From assembly GCA_963770365.1 (NCBI GenBank), contig CAVYPN010000009.1, positions 30,089-94,088 on the forward strand: a stretch of DNA of 64,000 bases. Direction: 5' to 3'. The notes beneath the pieces were generated by a model, which was not told where the DNA came from, did not search any database, and saw nothing but the letters and a program-made list of their open reading frames with translations. The position numbers and the translations under genes are program-made. Positions 52,293 through 62,371 of this stretch are shown piece by piece; within the stretch, counting starts at the first letter, position 1; the number at the start of each line of letters is the position of its first letter. This DNA is from an uncultured Acidobacteriaceae bacterium. Lineage in GTDB: Bacteria; Acidobacteriota; Terriglobia; Terriglobales; Acidobacteriaceae.

Positions 52293-54158
52293 CTACCGCG
52301 CCGCCTGCATATCGGCTGCGACAAATTTCTGTGCATGGGCGACTTCCGGCAGGTTCGCATCGGCTTTGGGCCAAGCTTTGAGGAATGCTTCGTACGCCGC
52401 GCGCGCTCCCGCTGTGTCGCCGGCAGACTCCTTCACCCAGGCCAGTCCGTACAATCCGAAGCCGGAGTTCGGCCGCTGCACAAGCGCCGCCTGGTAAGCC
52501 GCCCCAGCATCCTTGTAGTCCTTCGCCTTCAGCAGCGCTTCGGCCTCGGTCTCGGCCACTGGGCGGATATAAAACGGAGGCTCGTGGTAGCCGAGCTTCT
52601 TCTCTTGTTTTTCAGCGTCGGCATAGAGCTTCTTCGCGGCTCGCCGTTTGTGCTGCGCGACGAGTACGCCTGCCTGCAGTTCCATCGATTCAATCTTCAG
52701 GGATTTCAGAATGGGATCCGATAGCGCGTCTGGCATTATCGGCATCGTCGGCGGAGTCGCATTCGACTCTTTGCCTTCTGCATCTTTGCCCTTTCCCTTT
52801 CCGAGAGCGGTCTGCATTTCGTTCATCTGCTTCAGGCCGGCGTCCAGACTGGTTGAGCGTTTCCCGGCCTCAATCGCATCGCCTGCATCCAGCGCCTTCA
52901 TTCCCTTGGCGTAGTCAGTCAGTTCGGCGGCAAAGAAGCGCAGGTTTGCAGCCTTGTCTCCCTTTGGCAAATTGGCGTTGCCCAGCATCGCGAGCACAGC
53001 GTCCCAGTCGCCCACACGCAGCGCCACGGGCAGCCGCTGGCCGATGCGCGCCAGCTGGTCCCGTGCCGACCAGATATAGAGCGAAGCCGAAAGCTGGCCG
53101 CGGGCCGCCGCCAGATGATCTGAGAGTGCGTTCGCGTCGGACATTCGTCCCTGCTCCATCAGATTGGCAATCGAATACATCATGTTGTGCACGTAGTTCC
53201 AGTCGTCGTCGGGACTCACGTGCTGCTCTTGCATATATCCTTCGTCAGCAGCCATGGAGGCAGAGAACCAACGCTCGGCCTCGGCGTAGTTGCCCACGCG
53301 GTAATAAATGTGCCCCGGCATGTGCACCATGTGTCCCGATGTCGGAGCAAGGCTGGCCAGCAGCGCCGCACTCTCGATCGCGCGCTCAGGATGATTGCCG
53401 GGCTCGATGGCATGAATCCAGTAGTGATTGGCGGCCGAGTCATTAGGCGCATCGTGCAGAATGCCCTCCAGCATCGCGATGGCTTCCTGCTCTCCTTTCC
53501 TCGGTTCACCATTCTTGTAGCCGTCTTCCAGCGCGAGAGCGAGAAAAAGGCGTGCTTCAATATCCTTCGGCGCCTTCGCGACCAGCTCACGCAGAATCGC
53601 AACCTGCTCCTTGTTCGCTCCGTGCTTCGATTCCTTCTTGACGGCGGCGTCTGCCTGCGCCGCCTGAATGTAGAGCGTCTCCGGCTCGGTGACATGGTCT
53701 GCGAGCTTGACCGCTTTCTCCAGCGCCGCCTTGGCGTATGCATGCCTCGATCCGTTCCGGAATCCTTGCGCCTGAGCCAATCCCCACCAGCACATGGCGC
53801 AGTTCGGATCGACGCGCACGCTCTGCTCGAAGGCTTTCACAGACTCGTAATCCCAGAAGTCGTGCATCAGGTTCAGGCCCTGGTCGAACCACGCCTGCGC
53901 TTCTGGACTGGCGGTAATCGCGATATGAGCATTGCCAATGCCTGTCATGCGAATCGGTGCGGGAAGCTGTTCCGGCGGCAGCACCGGTTGCATGTCGGCC
54001 ATGTCGTGCCCGGCGGGCATCGACTGCTGAGCGCGCACGGGAACTGACATCGTCGCGACAAGAAAGATCAAGCCCAGGCCGGTCAGATACCCCGAGCGTG
54101 CAGGGTGAGAAACCGGGCGCGCACCATCTCGGTGCAGATCATAGCCATGGGAGCGCAT
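52293..54158 (-). CDS. Secreted TPR-like helical repeat protein
   Basis: Hydrophobic leader; AQAWFDQGL...H.FW..E, HYWIHA.E, HMVHMPGHIY; C-terminal TPRs. Start uncertain. Confidence 0.8.
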   Translation of the reverse strand: MRSHGYDLHRDGARPVSHPARSGYLTGLGLIFLVATMSVPVRAQQSMPAGHDMADMQPVLPPEQLPAPIRMTGIGNAHIAITASPEAQAWFDQGLNLMHDFWDYESVKAFEQSVRVDPNCAMCWWGLAQAQGFRNGSRHAYAKAALEKAVKLADHVTEPETLYIQAAQADAAVKKESKHGANKEQVAILRELVAKAPKDIEARLFLALALEDGYKNGEPRKGEQEAIAMLEGILHDAPNDSAANHYWIHAIEPGNHPERAIESAALLASLAPTSGHMVHMPGHIYYRVGNYAEAERWFSASMAADEGYMQEQHVSPDDDWNYVHNMMYSIANLMEQGRMSDANALSDHLAAARGQLSASLYIWSARDQLARIGQRLPVALRVGDWDAVLAMLGNANLPKGDKAANLRFFAAELTDYAKGMKALDAGDAIEAGKRSTSLDAGLKQMNEMQTALGKGKGKDAEGKESNATPPTMPIMPDALSDPILKSLKIESMELQAGVLVAQHKRRAAKKLYADAEKQEKKLGYHEPPFYIRPVAETEAEALLKAKDYKDAGAAYQAALVQRPNSGFGLYGLAWVKESAGDTAGARAAYEAFLKAWPKADANLPEVAHAQKFVAADMQAAR

Positions 54159-54210
54159 GGCTCAAAATATACATGTCGACCAGAACGACAGGCGACGAAA
54201 ACATGCAACT

Positions 54211-56049
54211 CTAGTCGCCAAGCGAGATTGCAGGTTTGCCCGCCAGTCGCTCGTTGATATGTTCCCCGATCCGATCGGCATAGCTGCCCTTTTCACTGAT
54301 CGTCGCATTGAAAAGGACGACCGCAGCATAATCGCCTTTGGGATTGAAGAACGCATATGCGCTATACCCTCCCGTGGCGCCGTTGTGCCAGTAGTTGCCG
54401 GTTTGCGTGTCGAAGAGCCACGCCAGCGCAATCTTCAGGTTGCCCATCGAGTCGGCACGTAACTCGTGATCCTGAACGAGCGCGGCCGCGATTGTCTTTG
54501 AAGCCGGTGACGACCGCGTGAACTTCAATCCATCCGGATGCAGGTTGGCTTCGAGATACTTCAGCATGTCTGTTGCCGTCGAACGGATAGCGCCCGCACC
54601 CGCAAATGCATCCAGGTCCCAGGCGTGCGCCGGACGATGATCGCCAGTATGTCCGGGAATAAAGCGCGCCTGCTGATCGGACGTCAAAGCAATTGCGGTG
54701 TCGTTCATGCCAAGCGGATCGAGCACTTCTTCCTTGAGCAGGGCAGGGTATGGCACACCCGCGCGCACTGAAAGCGACTGGCCGAGCAAACCAAATCCCA
54801 GGTTGCTATAGAGGAAGCCGGGTTTCTCGGGCTTCGCGACTCCGTGCGCAGCGAGAAACGCATAGAGATTCGCCGCATGATAGTCCGCATAAGGATTCTC
54901 TTCATTGGCCGGCTTGAAGTTGTCGGGCATGCGTGGCAGGCCGGAGTGCTGCGTTGCCAGATCAAGAAGCGTGATCTCCGCGACTGCGGGCTTCTGCACG
55001 GTGCCCGCCGGCAGCAATTCCCGTACCGGATCATCGAACTTGACCTTGCCCTGCTCCACCATCTGCGATAGCACCAGGCCAGTGAAAGTCTTGGTGATCG
55101 ATCCGATCTCAAAGATCGAATCCTGCCTGGCCGCCCCATAGCTGAAGATGCGTCGCACCCCGTGATCGAGGACGCCGATCACAACTCCGACGCCTGTCGA
55201 AGGCGCAAGTTCACCGGATTTCAGCGCGCCGGCGAGGTCCTGGTCGAGCACAGCTTGTAGTCCTTCCGCATTGACGGGAGCAATCGCCGGATCGTACTTC
55301 GGAGGCGCCACGGGCTTTGCGGCGATCTCGGCGGCCTGTCGAGTCAGTGTGAGAGGCAGCGGATTCTTGTTCTGGCTCCAGCTGCCTGCCAACGTGTTCC
55401 CGTCTGCAGAGAGCTTGCCCTCGTAATTGCCACCAACGACCGGTACATCAAACGAAAAGTCAGCGTCGCTGAACGCAACTTTGGCGCAATCGAGCCCCAT
55501 GGCGCGCTGATCGAGACTGTCGAGCGCGCAGAATTCCTGACCAATGACGTCGCTCTTCACATGAAGTTGAATCCGCAGCTGAGAACTGCCCGCCTGCAAT
55601 GTCCCCAGCCAGATGCCATCCACGCGCGAGGGCTTGGCTGCGGGGACAAAAGTGTCGCGCGTAAAAACCAGCGGCATCGGGTTGCCCTGATCCCATGTGC
55701 CCGTGAGCGTTTTCCCATCTGCAGAGACGGTGCCCTTCCACGAACCACGCACCACCGGCACCGAGAAGCTGAGAGCCGCGCCGTCAAGATGGAAGTCAGA
55801 GCATCCCAGTCCCATCGCTTTTTGGTCGAGACTATCGAGGCTGCCGCTCAAAGCCCCTGCCGCATCCGTTTTCAAATGAAGCTGTAAATGCAGCCCACCA
55901 AGATTCCCAACATAATCACCCGCGATATTTGGCTTGGATTGCGCGGCCAGGGTTGGCATAAGCGCGATTGCCAGCAGCAGGCAAGTGAACCCTGCACGAA
56001 CACAACAAGCTCGAAGACAAGAAACAGGTGAATGCATCGGCAGAATCAT
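54211..56049 (-). CDS. Serine hydrolase / class C beta-lactamase-like protein with two N-terminal repeats
   Basis: SITK, YSN, HNG motifs; two ~95-aa repeats (G.L....LQLH...D..G..LDSLDQ.AMGL.C). Confidence 0.9.
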   Translation of the reverse strand: MILPMHSPVSCLRACCVRAGFTCLLLAIALMPTLAAQSKPNIAGDYVGNLGGLHLQLHLKTDAAGALSGSLDSLDQKAMGLGCSDFHLDGAALSFSVPVVRGSWKGTVSADGKTLTGTWDQGNPMPLVFTRDTFVPAAKPSRVDGIWLGTLQAGSSQLRIQLHVKSDVIGQEFCALDSLDQRAMGLDCAKVAFSDADFSFDVPVVGGNYEGKLSADGNTLAGSWSQNKNPLPLTLTRQAAEIAAKPVAPPKYDPAIAPVNAEGLQAVLDQDLAGALKSGELAPSTGVGVVIGVLDHGVRRIFSYGAARQDSIFEIGSITKTFTGLVLSQMVEQGKVKFDDPVRELLPAGTVQKPAVAEITLLDLATQHSGLPRMPDNFKPANEENPYADYHAANLYAFLAAHGVAKPEKPGFLYSNLGFGLLGQSLSVRAGVPYPALLKEEVLDPLGMNDTAIALTSDQQARFIPGHTGDHRPAHAWDLDAFAGAGAIRSTATDMLKYLEANLHPDGLKFTRSSPASKTIAAALVQDHELRADSMGNLKIALAWLFDTQTGNYWHNGATGGYSAYAFFNPKGDYAAVVLFNATISEKGSYADRIGEHINERLAGKPAISLGD

Positions 56050-56203
56050 TCCAGAGCCTCACATTGTTTACTGCTTGCATTACAACAACGAAATCGAAGA
56101 CAGTGCAGTGTACCTCTATCGTGCGGGAAAAACGAAACAGCCATCCTTCCGCAAAAGACATGCGAAAGAATGGCTGTAGCGCTACCGGTTGGTCTGTTGT
56201 TTG

Positions 56204-56767
56204 TTATGCGTGAGCGTGCTCGTGCACACCCTGGGCGACCGATTCAATGATCGCCTTGCTGAATGCGGGAATGTCATCGGGCTTTCGGCTGAAGATGAAT
56301 TGACCATCTGTAACAACCGCCTGGTCAACCCAGTTGCCGCCTGCATTCTTGATATCGGTCTTTAACGAAGGCCACGACGTTACAGTTTTGCCTTTGAGGG
56401 CGCCGGCTTCGAGCAGCGTCCAAGGCCCGTGGCAGATGGCCGCCACTGTTTTTCCCGTCGACACAAATTGGCGGACGAAATTTACCGCTGCCGGATCCAT
56501 GCGCAGGTGATCGGGATTCATCACGCCGCCGGGCAGCACGAGCGCGTCGTAATCGTTCGGGTTGGCATCGGCCAGCGCCAGGTCCACCTTGACTGCCTGG
56601 CCCCAATCCTTTTTGTTCCAGCCCTTGATTTCTCCAGCTTTCGGGGATATCACGACGGTGGTAGCGCCGGCATTGTTCAGCGCCTTCCGTGGATCAATCA
56701 GCTCTGCCTGCTCAAATCCGTCGGTAGCTAAAATGGCGATCTTCTTACCCTTCAATTCTGAAGACAT
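56204..56767 (-). CDS. PfpI/DJ-1 family (type 1 glutamine amidotransferase-like) protein
   Basis: DGFEQ.E, DALVLPGG..NPD.LR, AICHGPW, SRKPDD. Confidence 0.93.
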   Translation of the reverse strand: MSSELKGKKIAILATDGFEQAELIDPRKALNNAGATTVVISPKAGEIKGWNKKDWGQAVKVDLALADANPNDYDALVLPGGVMNPDHLRMDPAAVNFVRQFVSTGKTVAAICHGPWTLLEAGALKGKTVTSWPSLKTDIKNAGGNWVDQAVVTDGQFIFSRKPDDIPAFSKAIIESVAQGVHEHAHA

Positions 56768-57111
56768 GTATATCCTCCTGTGGGATCGTTCAGACCCATA
56801 GGACGCCGGTCAACAGGATGGGGTTGCGCGTCTGGTGAAAAGTGAAGATGTGTTTTTTGAGATCGTAAAATCACGACCAAATGCCATTTTGCCACCGAAG
56901 CAAACCCCTGTATTTACAGCGCATCACAGCCGATGAAATGAGAGCGCAATTCGAGCGCAATTCGGCCCTGAGTGGGCACTCAATTGCAACAAAGGAGAAG
57001 CGCAGTGAAGCGTAGGGAATTCATGACTTGAGCAACCAAAAATGCCCCGAGACATCGCCGCACCATGATGCTCGGTTGCAGGATGCTCGGGGCCGAGGAA
57101 CATCCCTGAAG

Positions 57112-57688
57112 TTATTGCAGTGCCGTTGCCGTCATCACTACCTGCATGCTGCTTTTGCTGTCGAGAGAATCGGAGGTAAAGACTACGGTCGCCTTGCCGA
57201 TGGGAATGAGAACTGACGCCTGCCATTTGTTCTGGCGAATCACAGGCTGATGGATGCTCGCATCGTTCGGCGCCGCCATACTGCTCACTTCCGCAATCAG
57301 ATCGAGTGACAACTGACGACCAATTTCGCGCGTATTATGGACATCAATATTCACACCTACGTCGACGTATTGCTATTGCGTGTTGACGAGAGTCCTGGCT
57401 GGCGCCGGCTGAATAGGATCCAGTGGCAATAGGGATTTTGGAGCCCGTCCGAATGGATGTGCCGTGATCTCGTGAATCCGTGCTCACGATCGCCGTGTAT
57501 GAGCGACTGTTCGCGGGCTTTCCATCCGCACCCAACTCCTGGACGACAAAGTCCAGATGGTAGAAGTGAGCCGGCGCCTGCGAAGCTTTGGTCGGCTCGG
57601 GAGCAGGTGTTGATTCCTGGGCAAAAGATCTTTGCCCAAAAGAAATTGTCAAAAATGCGAGGCACCAAATCAGGGCGAGCTTGCGCAT
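57112..57688 (-). pseudogene. Exported protein with secretin-like strands, broken by a frameshift (~57390-57410) and in-frame TAG (57373-75)
   Basis: ORF 57344-57688 (signal peptide, SIRTGSKIPI) and ORF 57112-57354 join via LVNTQ*QYVDVGVNIDV. Confidence 0.65.
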
Positions 57689-57697
57689 GGTATCTCC

Positions 57698-58291
57698 TTA
57701 GTTCTTGCCGGTATCTGATAGTTCGAGCGGTTGAATGTGAATGGCCGCGATGTTGAGAGGCGCGTCAACGTTTTTTTGTGCGTCCAGGATGGCTTGGCGT
57801 TGCTTCTCCGGGACTTGCGTTGCAAATGTGGAGAGCGCCTGTTCTTCAGGCGAAAGCGGCTGGGGGAGAGGGAATACATCGAGCTTCGGCGGAGCGGCAG
57901 CCTTGGCAGCAGCGCCGGTGGGCCGGGGCTGCGTATGATGCCTGGCAGTGGGCGGAGTTTTTTGCGCGGGCGTGATGTTTGCAACCACCGGCGCTTTGCT
58001 TCCACCGCTCGTGGATGAATGCTGCGGCAAACTGGCTGATTGGTGGTGGGTTCCCGGGCCCGCCGACTTCAGTAGGAGGAGGGTCAACAGCAGGCAAGCC
58101 GCTGCCGGGAGAGCAGCCCAGAGCAGGAAGCGATTGCGCCCTCTGGGCGCGGAGTGATTCGAGCTCTGCTCGCTCGACACACGCGCAAGAATGCGCTCAG
58201 CAAGTCCCGAATCCGCTCCTAGGTGCGTGTCTGGGTCGCCGTAGCTGGACAGCGACGACTCAATCATCCGATCCAGATCCTTTTCATGCAT
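57698..58291 (-). CDS. Putative anti-sigma factor (single TM helix)
   Basis: ATG overlaps the sigma stop (ATGCATGA); short cytoplasmic domain, TM WAALPAAACLLLTLLLL, Pro-rich linker, KLDVFPLPQPLS.EE. Confidence 0.75.
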   Translation of the reverse strand: MHEKDLDRMIESSLSSYGDPDTHLGADSGLAERILARVSSEQSSNHSAPRGRNRFLLWAALPAAACLLLTLLLLKSAGPGTHHQSASLPQHSSTSGGSKAPVVANITPAQKTPPTARHHTQPRPTGAAAKAAAPPKLDVFPLPQPLSPEEQALSTFATQVPEKQRQAILDAQKNVDAPLNIAAIHIQPLELSDTGKN

Positions 58292-58811
58292 AGCGCGATT
58301 CCTCGAGTGAAGCGAGTTTCTGGCGGAGAATCTGGCGGGCGCGCAGCAGTCGCGTGCGCACTGTCCCTTCGGGGATTCCGACGATAGCTCCAATCTCAGG
58401 AGAACGGAGTTCGTCAAAGGCCGACAGTGCGAGCGGCACACGCAGTTCTTCAGGGAGCGCATCGATCATCGCGTGAATGATCGAATGTTGGTTCGCGGAA
58501 AGCAGCGCCTGCTCCGGACCCGGCTGGTGCGATGTCGCCTCGTCTGGCTCCAACGGTTCGCGCCTTGAGACAGAAGGCTGCGAGTGGCGCGGACGAAGGT
58601 CGACGGCCTCCCGCCACGCGATACGAGCCAGGTAGGCGCGCTCGTTTTCGGCGTGTTCCCATCCGCGATTGCGATAAAGCTTCAAAAAGGTCTCCTGCAC
58701 CGCGTCCTCAGCATCGTGAGAATTGAGCAGAACTGCATAAGCTACGCGGAAGACGAAGCGCGACTGACGATGAACGAGCGCCGTGAACTCCGCGTCTGGA
58801 TCAGTGGTCAA
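58284..58811 (-). CDS. ECF sigma-70 family sigma factor
   Basis: VFRVAY.VL.N.HDAEDAVQETFLK, YL.RIAW..A.D, IDALPEELR, EIG.IVGIPEGTVRTRL.RAR. Confidence 0.93.
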   Translation of the reverse strand: MTTDPDAEFTALVHRQSRFVFRVAYAVLLNSHDAEDAVQETFLKLYRNRGWEHAENERAYLARIAWREAVDLRPRHSQPSVSRREPLEPDEATSHQPGPEQALLSANQHSIIHAMIDALPEELRVPLALSAFDELRSPEIGAIVGIPEGTVRTRLLRARQILRQKLASLEESRYA

Positions 58812-58915
58812 AACGCGCTTGCTCCCTCAGGCTGCAGATCATTGTCAGACGCAAGGTCCGCGATGTACACACCCTAAGACCGCAGACAAGGTCCAAGTGT
58901 TCGAAAATCTTTTCG

Positions 58916-58957
58916 AAAAAAGAAGAAACCCGCTCCTCGTAGCGAGAAGCGGGCTTC
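58916..58957 (-). terminator. Intrinsic terminator after infB
   Basis: Minus strand GAAGCCCGCTTCTCG-CTA-CGAGGAGCGGGTTTC then TTCTTTTTT. Confidence 0.85.
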
Positions 58958-58979
58958 AAAAGGATTGAACCTTTAAGTG

Positions 58980-61900
58980 CTACGCTTTGGCTGAAGTTAA
59001 TGCACCGAGGTCGGCTGCCAGCTTCTCCGTCGAGAAGGCTTCGATAAGGTCGCCTTCCTTCAGGTCGCTGAAGCCGCCGAGTCCGATGCCGCACTCCATG
59101 CCGTTCGTCACTTCGCGCGCATCGTCCTTGAACCGCTTGAGCGAGCCAATCTTGCCCTTGTAGACCTGCTCATCGCCGCGCATGACTTTGACTTCAGAGT
59201 CGCGTCGAATCACGCCATCCTGCACGCGGCAGCCGGCGATGGTGCCGACCTTGGGAATGCGGAAGACGTTGATGACTTCAGCGCGGCCCACGTAGTTCTC
59301 CTTGAAGGTTGGATCGAGGAGACCCAGCATGGCGAGGCGCATCTCGTCCTGCAACTCGTAGATGATGGAGTGCAGGCGAATCTCAATGCCTTCCTGCTGC
59401 GCCAGTTCCGCGGCCTTGCGCTCGGGGCGCACGTTGAAGCCGATGATGATGGCGTTCGACGCCGTCGCGAGCAGCACGTCTGATTCAGTGATAGACCCGA
59501 CTCCGGAGTGGATGACCTTCACGCGTACCTTCTCGGTTGACATGCGCACCAGCGAATCGGCCAGCACTTCAACCGATCCCGTCACGTCGCCCTTGATGAT
59601 CAGCGCAAGATCCTTCACCCCAGCCTGGCGAATCTGCTCTGCCAGTCCTTCGAGCGAAACACGGGAACTCTTGGCAAGCTGTGCTTCGCGCTCCTTCATC
59701 TTGCGGTATTGCGCAATGCCCTTGGCCTTGTCGCGATCCGCAACCACCAGGAACGTGTCGCCGGAGTCCGGCATGGCTTCGAGACCGAGGACTTCGATCG
59801 GTGTCGACGGACCGGCTTCTTCAAGCGGCCGTCCGCGATCGTCGAACATGGCGCGAACCTTGCCGAAGGTGTTGCCGACGATATAGCTGTCGTTCAAGCG
59901 CAAAGTTCCGTCCTGAACCAGGACAGTGGCCACGGCGCCGCGCCCGCGATCGAGCTTGGCTTCAATGACCGAGCCGACTGCCTTGCGGCCCGGTGTGGCC
60001 TTGGGCGCGCGGATGTCGGAAACGAGGCAGATCATTTCGAGAAGCCCGTCGAGGTTCTGACGCTTCTTCGCGGAGACCTCGACAAAGACAGTGCCTTCTC
60101 CGCCGGCTGCCCACTCTTCCGGAATCAAACCGCGGTCGGCGAGCTGTTTCTTCACGCGATCCGGATTGGCTTCTGGCTTGTCGATCTTGTTGACGGCCAC
60201 GATGATGGGCACGCCAGCTGCCTTGGCATGATCGATGGCCTCAAGGGTCTGCGGCATCACGCCGTCGTCCGCGGCAACAACGATGACCACGATGTCTGTA
60301 ACCTTGGCGCCACGTGCACGCATGCGTGTGAAGGCTTCGTGACCGGGAGTATCGAGGAAGACGATTTCGCGGCCAGAAGCCGGTGAGCCTTCCTTGGAGA
60401 ACTTCACCTTGTACGCGCCGATGTGCTGCGTAATGCCGCCGGCTTCGCCAGCTGCCACTTCAGTTTCGCGGATGGCGTCGAGCAGAGAAGTCTTGCCGTG
60501 GTCGACGTGACCCATAACGGTAACAACCGGCGCACGCGGTACTTCGAGCTCTCCGGTGTTTTCGGCTTCGAGCACTTCTTCGATTGCCTGGTTCGCCAGC
60601 TCTTCTTCGTAGCTGATGACCGTTGCGCCGGCACCGAATTTGGCGGCAACGTCTTTCACCATGGCAGCGTCGAGCGACTGGTTCACGGTCACGAAGACGC
60701 CGCGCATCAGCAGCGCCGCGATCAGGTCCTTGGCGCGGATCTCGAGCTTCTCGGCCAGGTCCTTGACGCTGATGCCTTCGGTTACGGTGATCTCGCGCGT
60801 GATCGGCAACGGCTCATCGCTGAAGTGTGTGGCGCCCCCAAAACGTGGTGGCGGCACAAAGCCCTTCATTGGGCCTTCCTTGGTCTTCGGATATTGCTGG
60901 CCGCCGCGGCGGGCGCGATTCTGCGGTGCGCGCTGCGGACGCGGTGCTTCGCCGGTTGGAGGAGCACCGCCGGCGCCAGGTCGTGCACCAAAGCCGCCGG
61001 GACGCGGAGCGCCAAATCCGGGGCGTGCACCGAATCCCGGACGTCCGCCGGGAGCACCGGCGCCGCCAGGGCCTGCAAATCCGGTACGAGTCGGGTGCTT
61101 GGGTCGCGGTCCGCCGGGGAACTGCCCGGGAGGACCACCAGGACTTGGCGGACGTTGCTGGAATCCGCCGCCGGGTGCTCCCGAGGGCCTGCGATCAAAG
61201 ATCGGCTTGCCGCGCTGAATCCCCACACCCTGTGCCGGTGCGGGTGGAGCGGAACTTGCCGCGACGATGGGGGCCTTGTAAACCGGACGCGGGCCCGTTT
61301 GCGGCATTACCACGCGCCGCGGTGCAACCACCGGTCGCGCTGGCGCTGGAGTTGATTCGAGAGTTGGTGAAATAGGAGCCTCTGGCTCTGCTGCTACTGT
61401 GTCTGGTGCCGCAGGAACTTCCTTTGCCTTCGCAGCAATCTCGGGAACCTGCACGGTGGGCGCTTCGACAACCGGAGTGACCGGGGCCGCAGCCTCGTGT
61501 TTCTCCTGCGCGGGTGGTGCTGCTGGTGCTGCCGCAGGCGGAACAACCTTGGGGGCTACCGGCTTTGCCGCTGCCGGTGTCGATTCAACAACCTTGGTCG
61601 GCGTTGACCCGGCTACAGGCGGCTTCACGACAACGGTTGGCGGAACGACCGTCACGATCGGACGTGTCGTCGCTGCTGCGCCTGCAGGAGCCTTGGCGAT
61701 CACGGCTCCGGCCGGTGGTTTCGAAGCGATGGCGGGGGCGGCGGGAGGAACAATCGCCGGAGCTGGCCGAGGCTGAGGCACAATCTTCCGAGGCTCCGGC
61801 CGGGCCGGGGCTGCCGGAGGTGCAGCTACCGAGACTGCCGGCGGCGTGGGCTTTGCCGGGGCCTTCGGCGCGATCGGTGCAGCCTTGCTGGGAGGCAGGT

Positions 61901-62213
61901 GGCTCCTGCGTGCTTCAGCTTCCTCCTCCTGCTTTTTCGCAAGGATCGCCTTCATCACGTCGCCGGGCTTGGAGACATGAGACAAATCAATCTTCGGCGT
62001 AATGGTCTGCGCAGAGCGCGATGACCCAGCGCCCGTATGGCTTCCCTGGCGCCCATGCTGAAAATGCGCGCGGACCTTTTCGGCCTCATGGTCTTCGATT
62101 GAACTCGAGTGCGTTTTACCTTCACCCAGGCCGAGTTCCGCGAGCACGTCGAGAATCTGACGACTCTTGACTTCCATCTCGCGCGCTAGATCGTTAATTC
62201 GAACCTTACTCAT
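58980..62213 (-). CDS. infB: Translation initiation factor IF-2
   Basis: [46 protein letters not shown]; long Pro/Ala/Gly-rich N-terminal region. Confidence 0.99.
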   Translation of the reverse strand: MSKVRINDLAREMEVKSRQILDVLAELGLGEGKTHSSSIEDHEAEKVRAHFQHGRQGSHTGAGSSRSAQTITPKIDLSHVSKPGDVMKAILAKKQEEEAEARRSHLPPSKAAPIAPKAPAKPTPPAVSVAAPPAAPARPEPRKIVPQPRPAPAIVPPAAPAIASKPPAGAVIAKAPAGAAATTRPIVTVVPPTVVVKPPVAGSTPTKVVESTPAAAKPVAPKVVPPAAAPAAPPAQEKHEAAAPVTPVVEAPTVQVPEIAAKAKEVPAAPDTVAAEPEAPISPTLESTPAPARPVVAPRRVVMPQTGPRPVYKAPIVAASSAPPAPAQGVGIQRGKPIFDRRPSGAPGGGFQQRPPSPGGPPGQFPGGPRPKHPTRTGFAGPGGAGAPGGRPGFGARPGFGAPRPGGFGARPGAGGAPPTGEAPRPQRAPQNRARRGGQQYPKTKEGPMKGFVPPPRFGGATHFSDEPLPITREITVTEGISVKDLAEKLEIRAKDLIAALLMRGVFVTVNQSLDAAMVKDVAAKFGAGATVISYEEELANQAIEEVLEAENTGELEVPRAPVVTVMGHVDHGKTSLLDAIRETEVAAGEAGGITQHIGAYKVKFSKEGSPASGREIVFLDTPGHEAFTRMRARGAKVTDIVVIVVAADDGVMPQTLEAIDHAKAAGVPIIVAVNKIDKPEANPDRVKKQLADRGLIPEEWAAGGEGTVFVEVSAKKRQNLDGLLEMICLVSDIRAPKATPGRKAVGSVIEAKLDRGRGAVATVLVQDGTLRLNDSYIVGNTFGKVRAMFDDRGRPLEEAGPSTPIEVLGLEAMPDSGDTFLVVADRDKAKGIAQYRKMKEREAQLAKSSRVSLEGLAEQIRQAGVKDLALIIKGDVTGSVEVLADSLVRMSTEKVRVKVIHSGVGSITESDVLLATASNAIIIGFNVRPERKAAELAQQEGIEIRLHSIIYELQDEMRLAMLGLLDPTFKENYVGRAEVINVFRIPKVGTIAGCRVQDGVIRRDSEVKVMRGDEQVYKGKIGSLKRFKDDAREVTNGMECGIGLGGFSDLKEGDLIEAFSTEKLAADLGALTSAKA

Positions 62214-62371
62214 CCGCCTCTTTTCAGAATGTGCTGCCCAAAGCCCTTTAGTCGCCCCGGGGACCCCAACGACAGGTCTTGGTCGATGGGGTGGTCATGG
62301 CTACCTCTTGGCATTGGCCGGTTAACTTACCACCATTATCACTTGATTCCTGCTGAAAAGCGCGACGCATA

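Noticed and set aside
57373-57375. Pyrrolysine or other amber read-through at the in-frame TAG
   Set aside because: The gene also has a frameshift just upstream, and there is no pyl machinery or other in-frame TAG in the window.
60840-61900. Pro/Ala/Gly-rich repeats in infB as an insertion
   Set aside because: In frame and typical of long IF-2 N-terminal regions; no element boundaries.
62214-62371. Small gene between nusA and infB (ORF 62248-62448)
   Set aside because: No YlxR/L7Ae motifs; it overlaps the repaired NusA tail and has no clear RBS.
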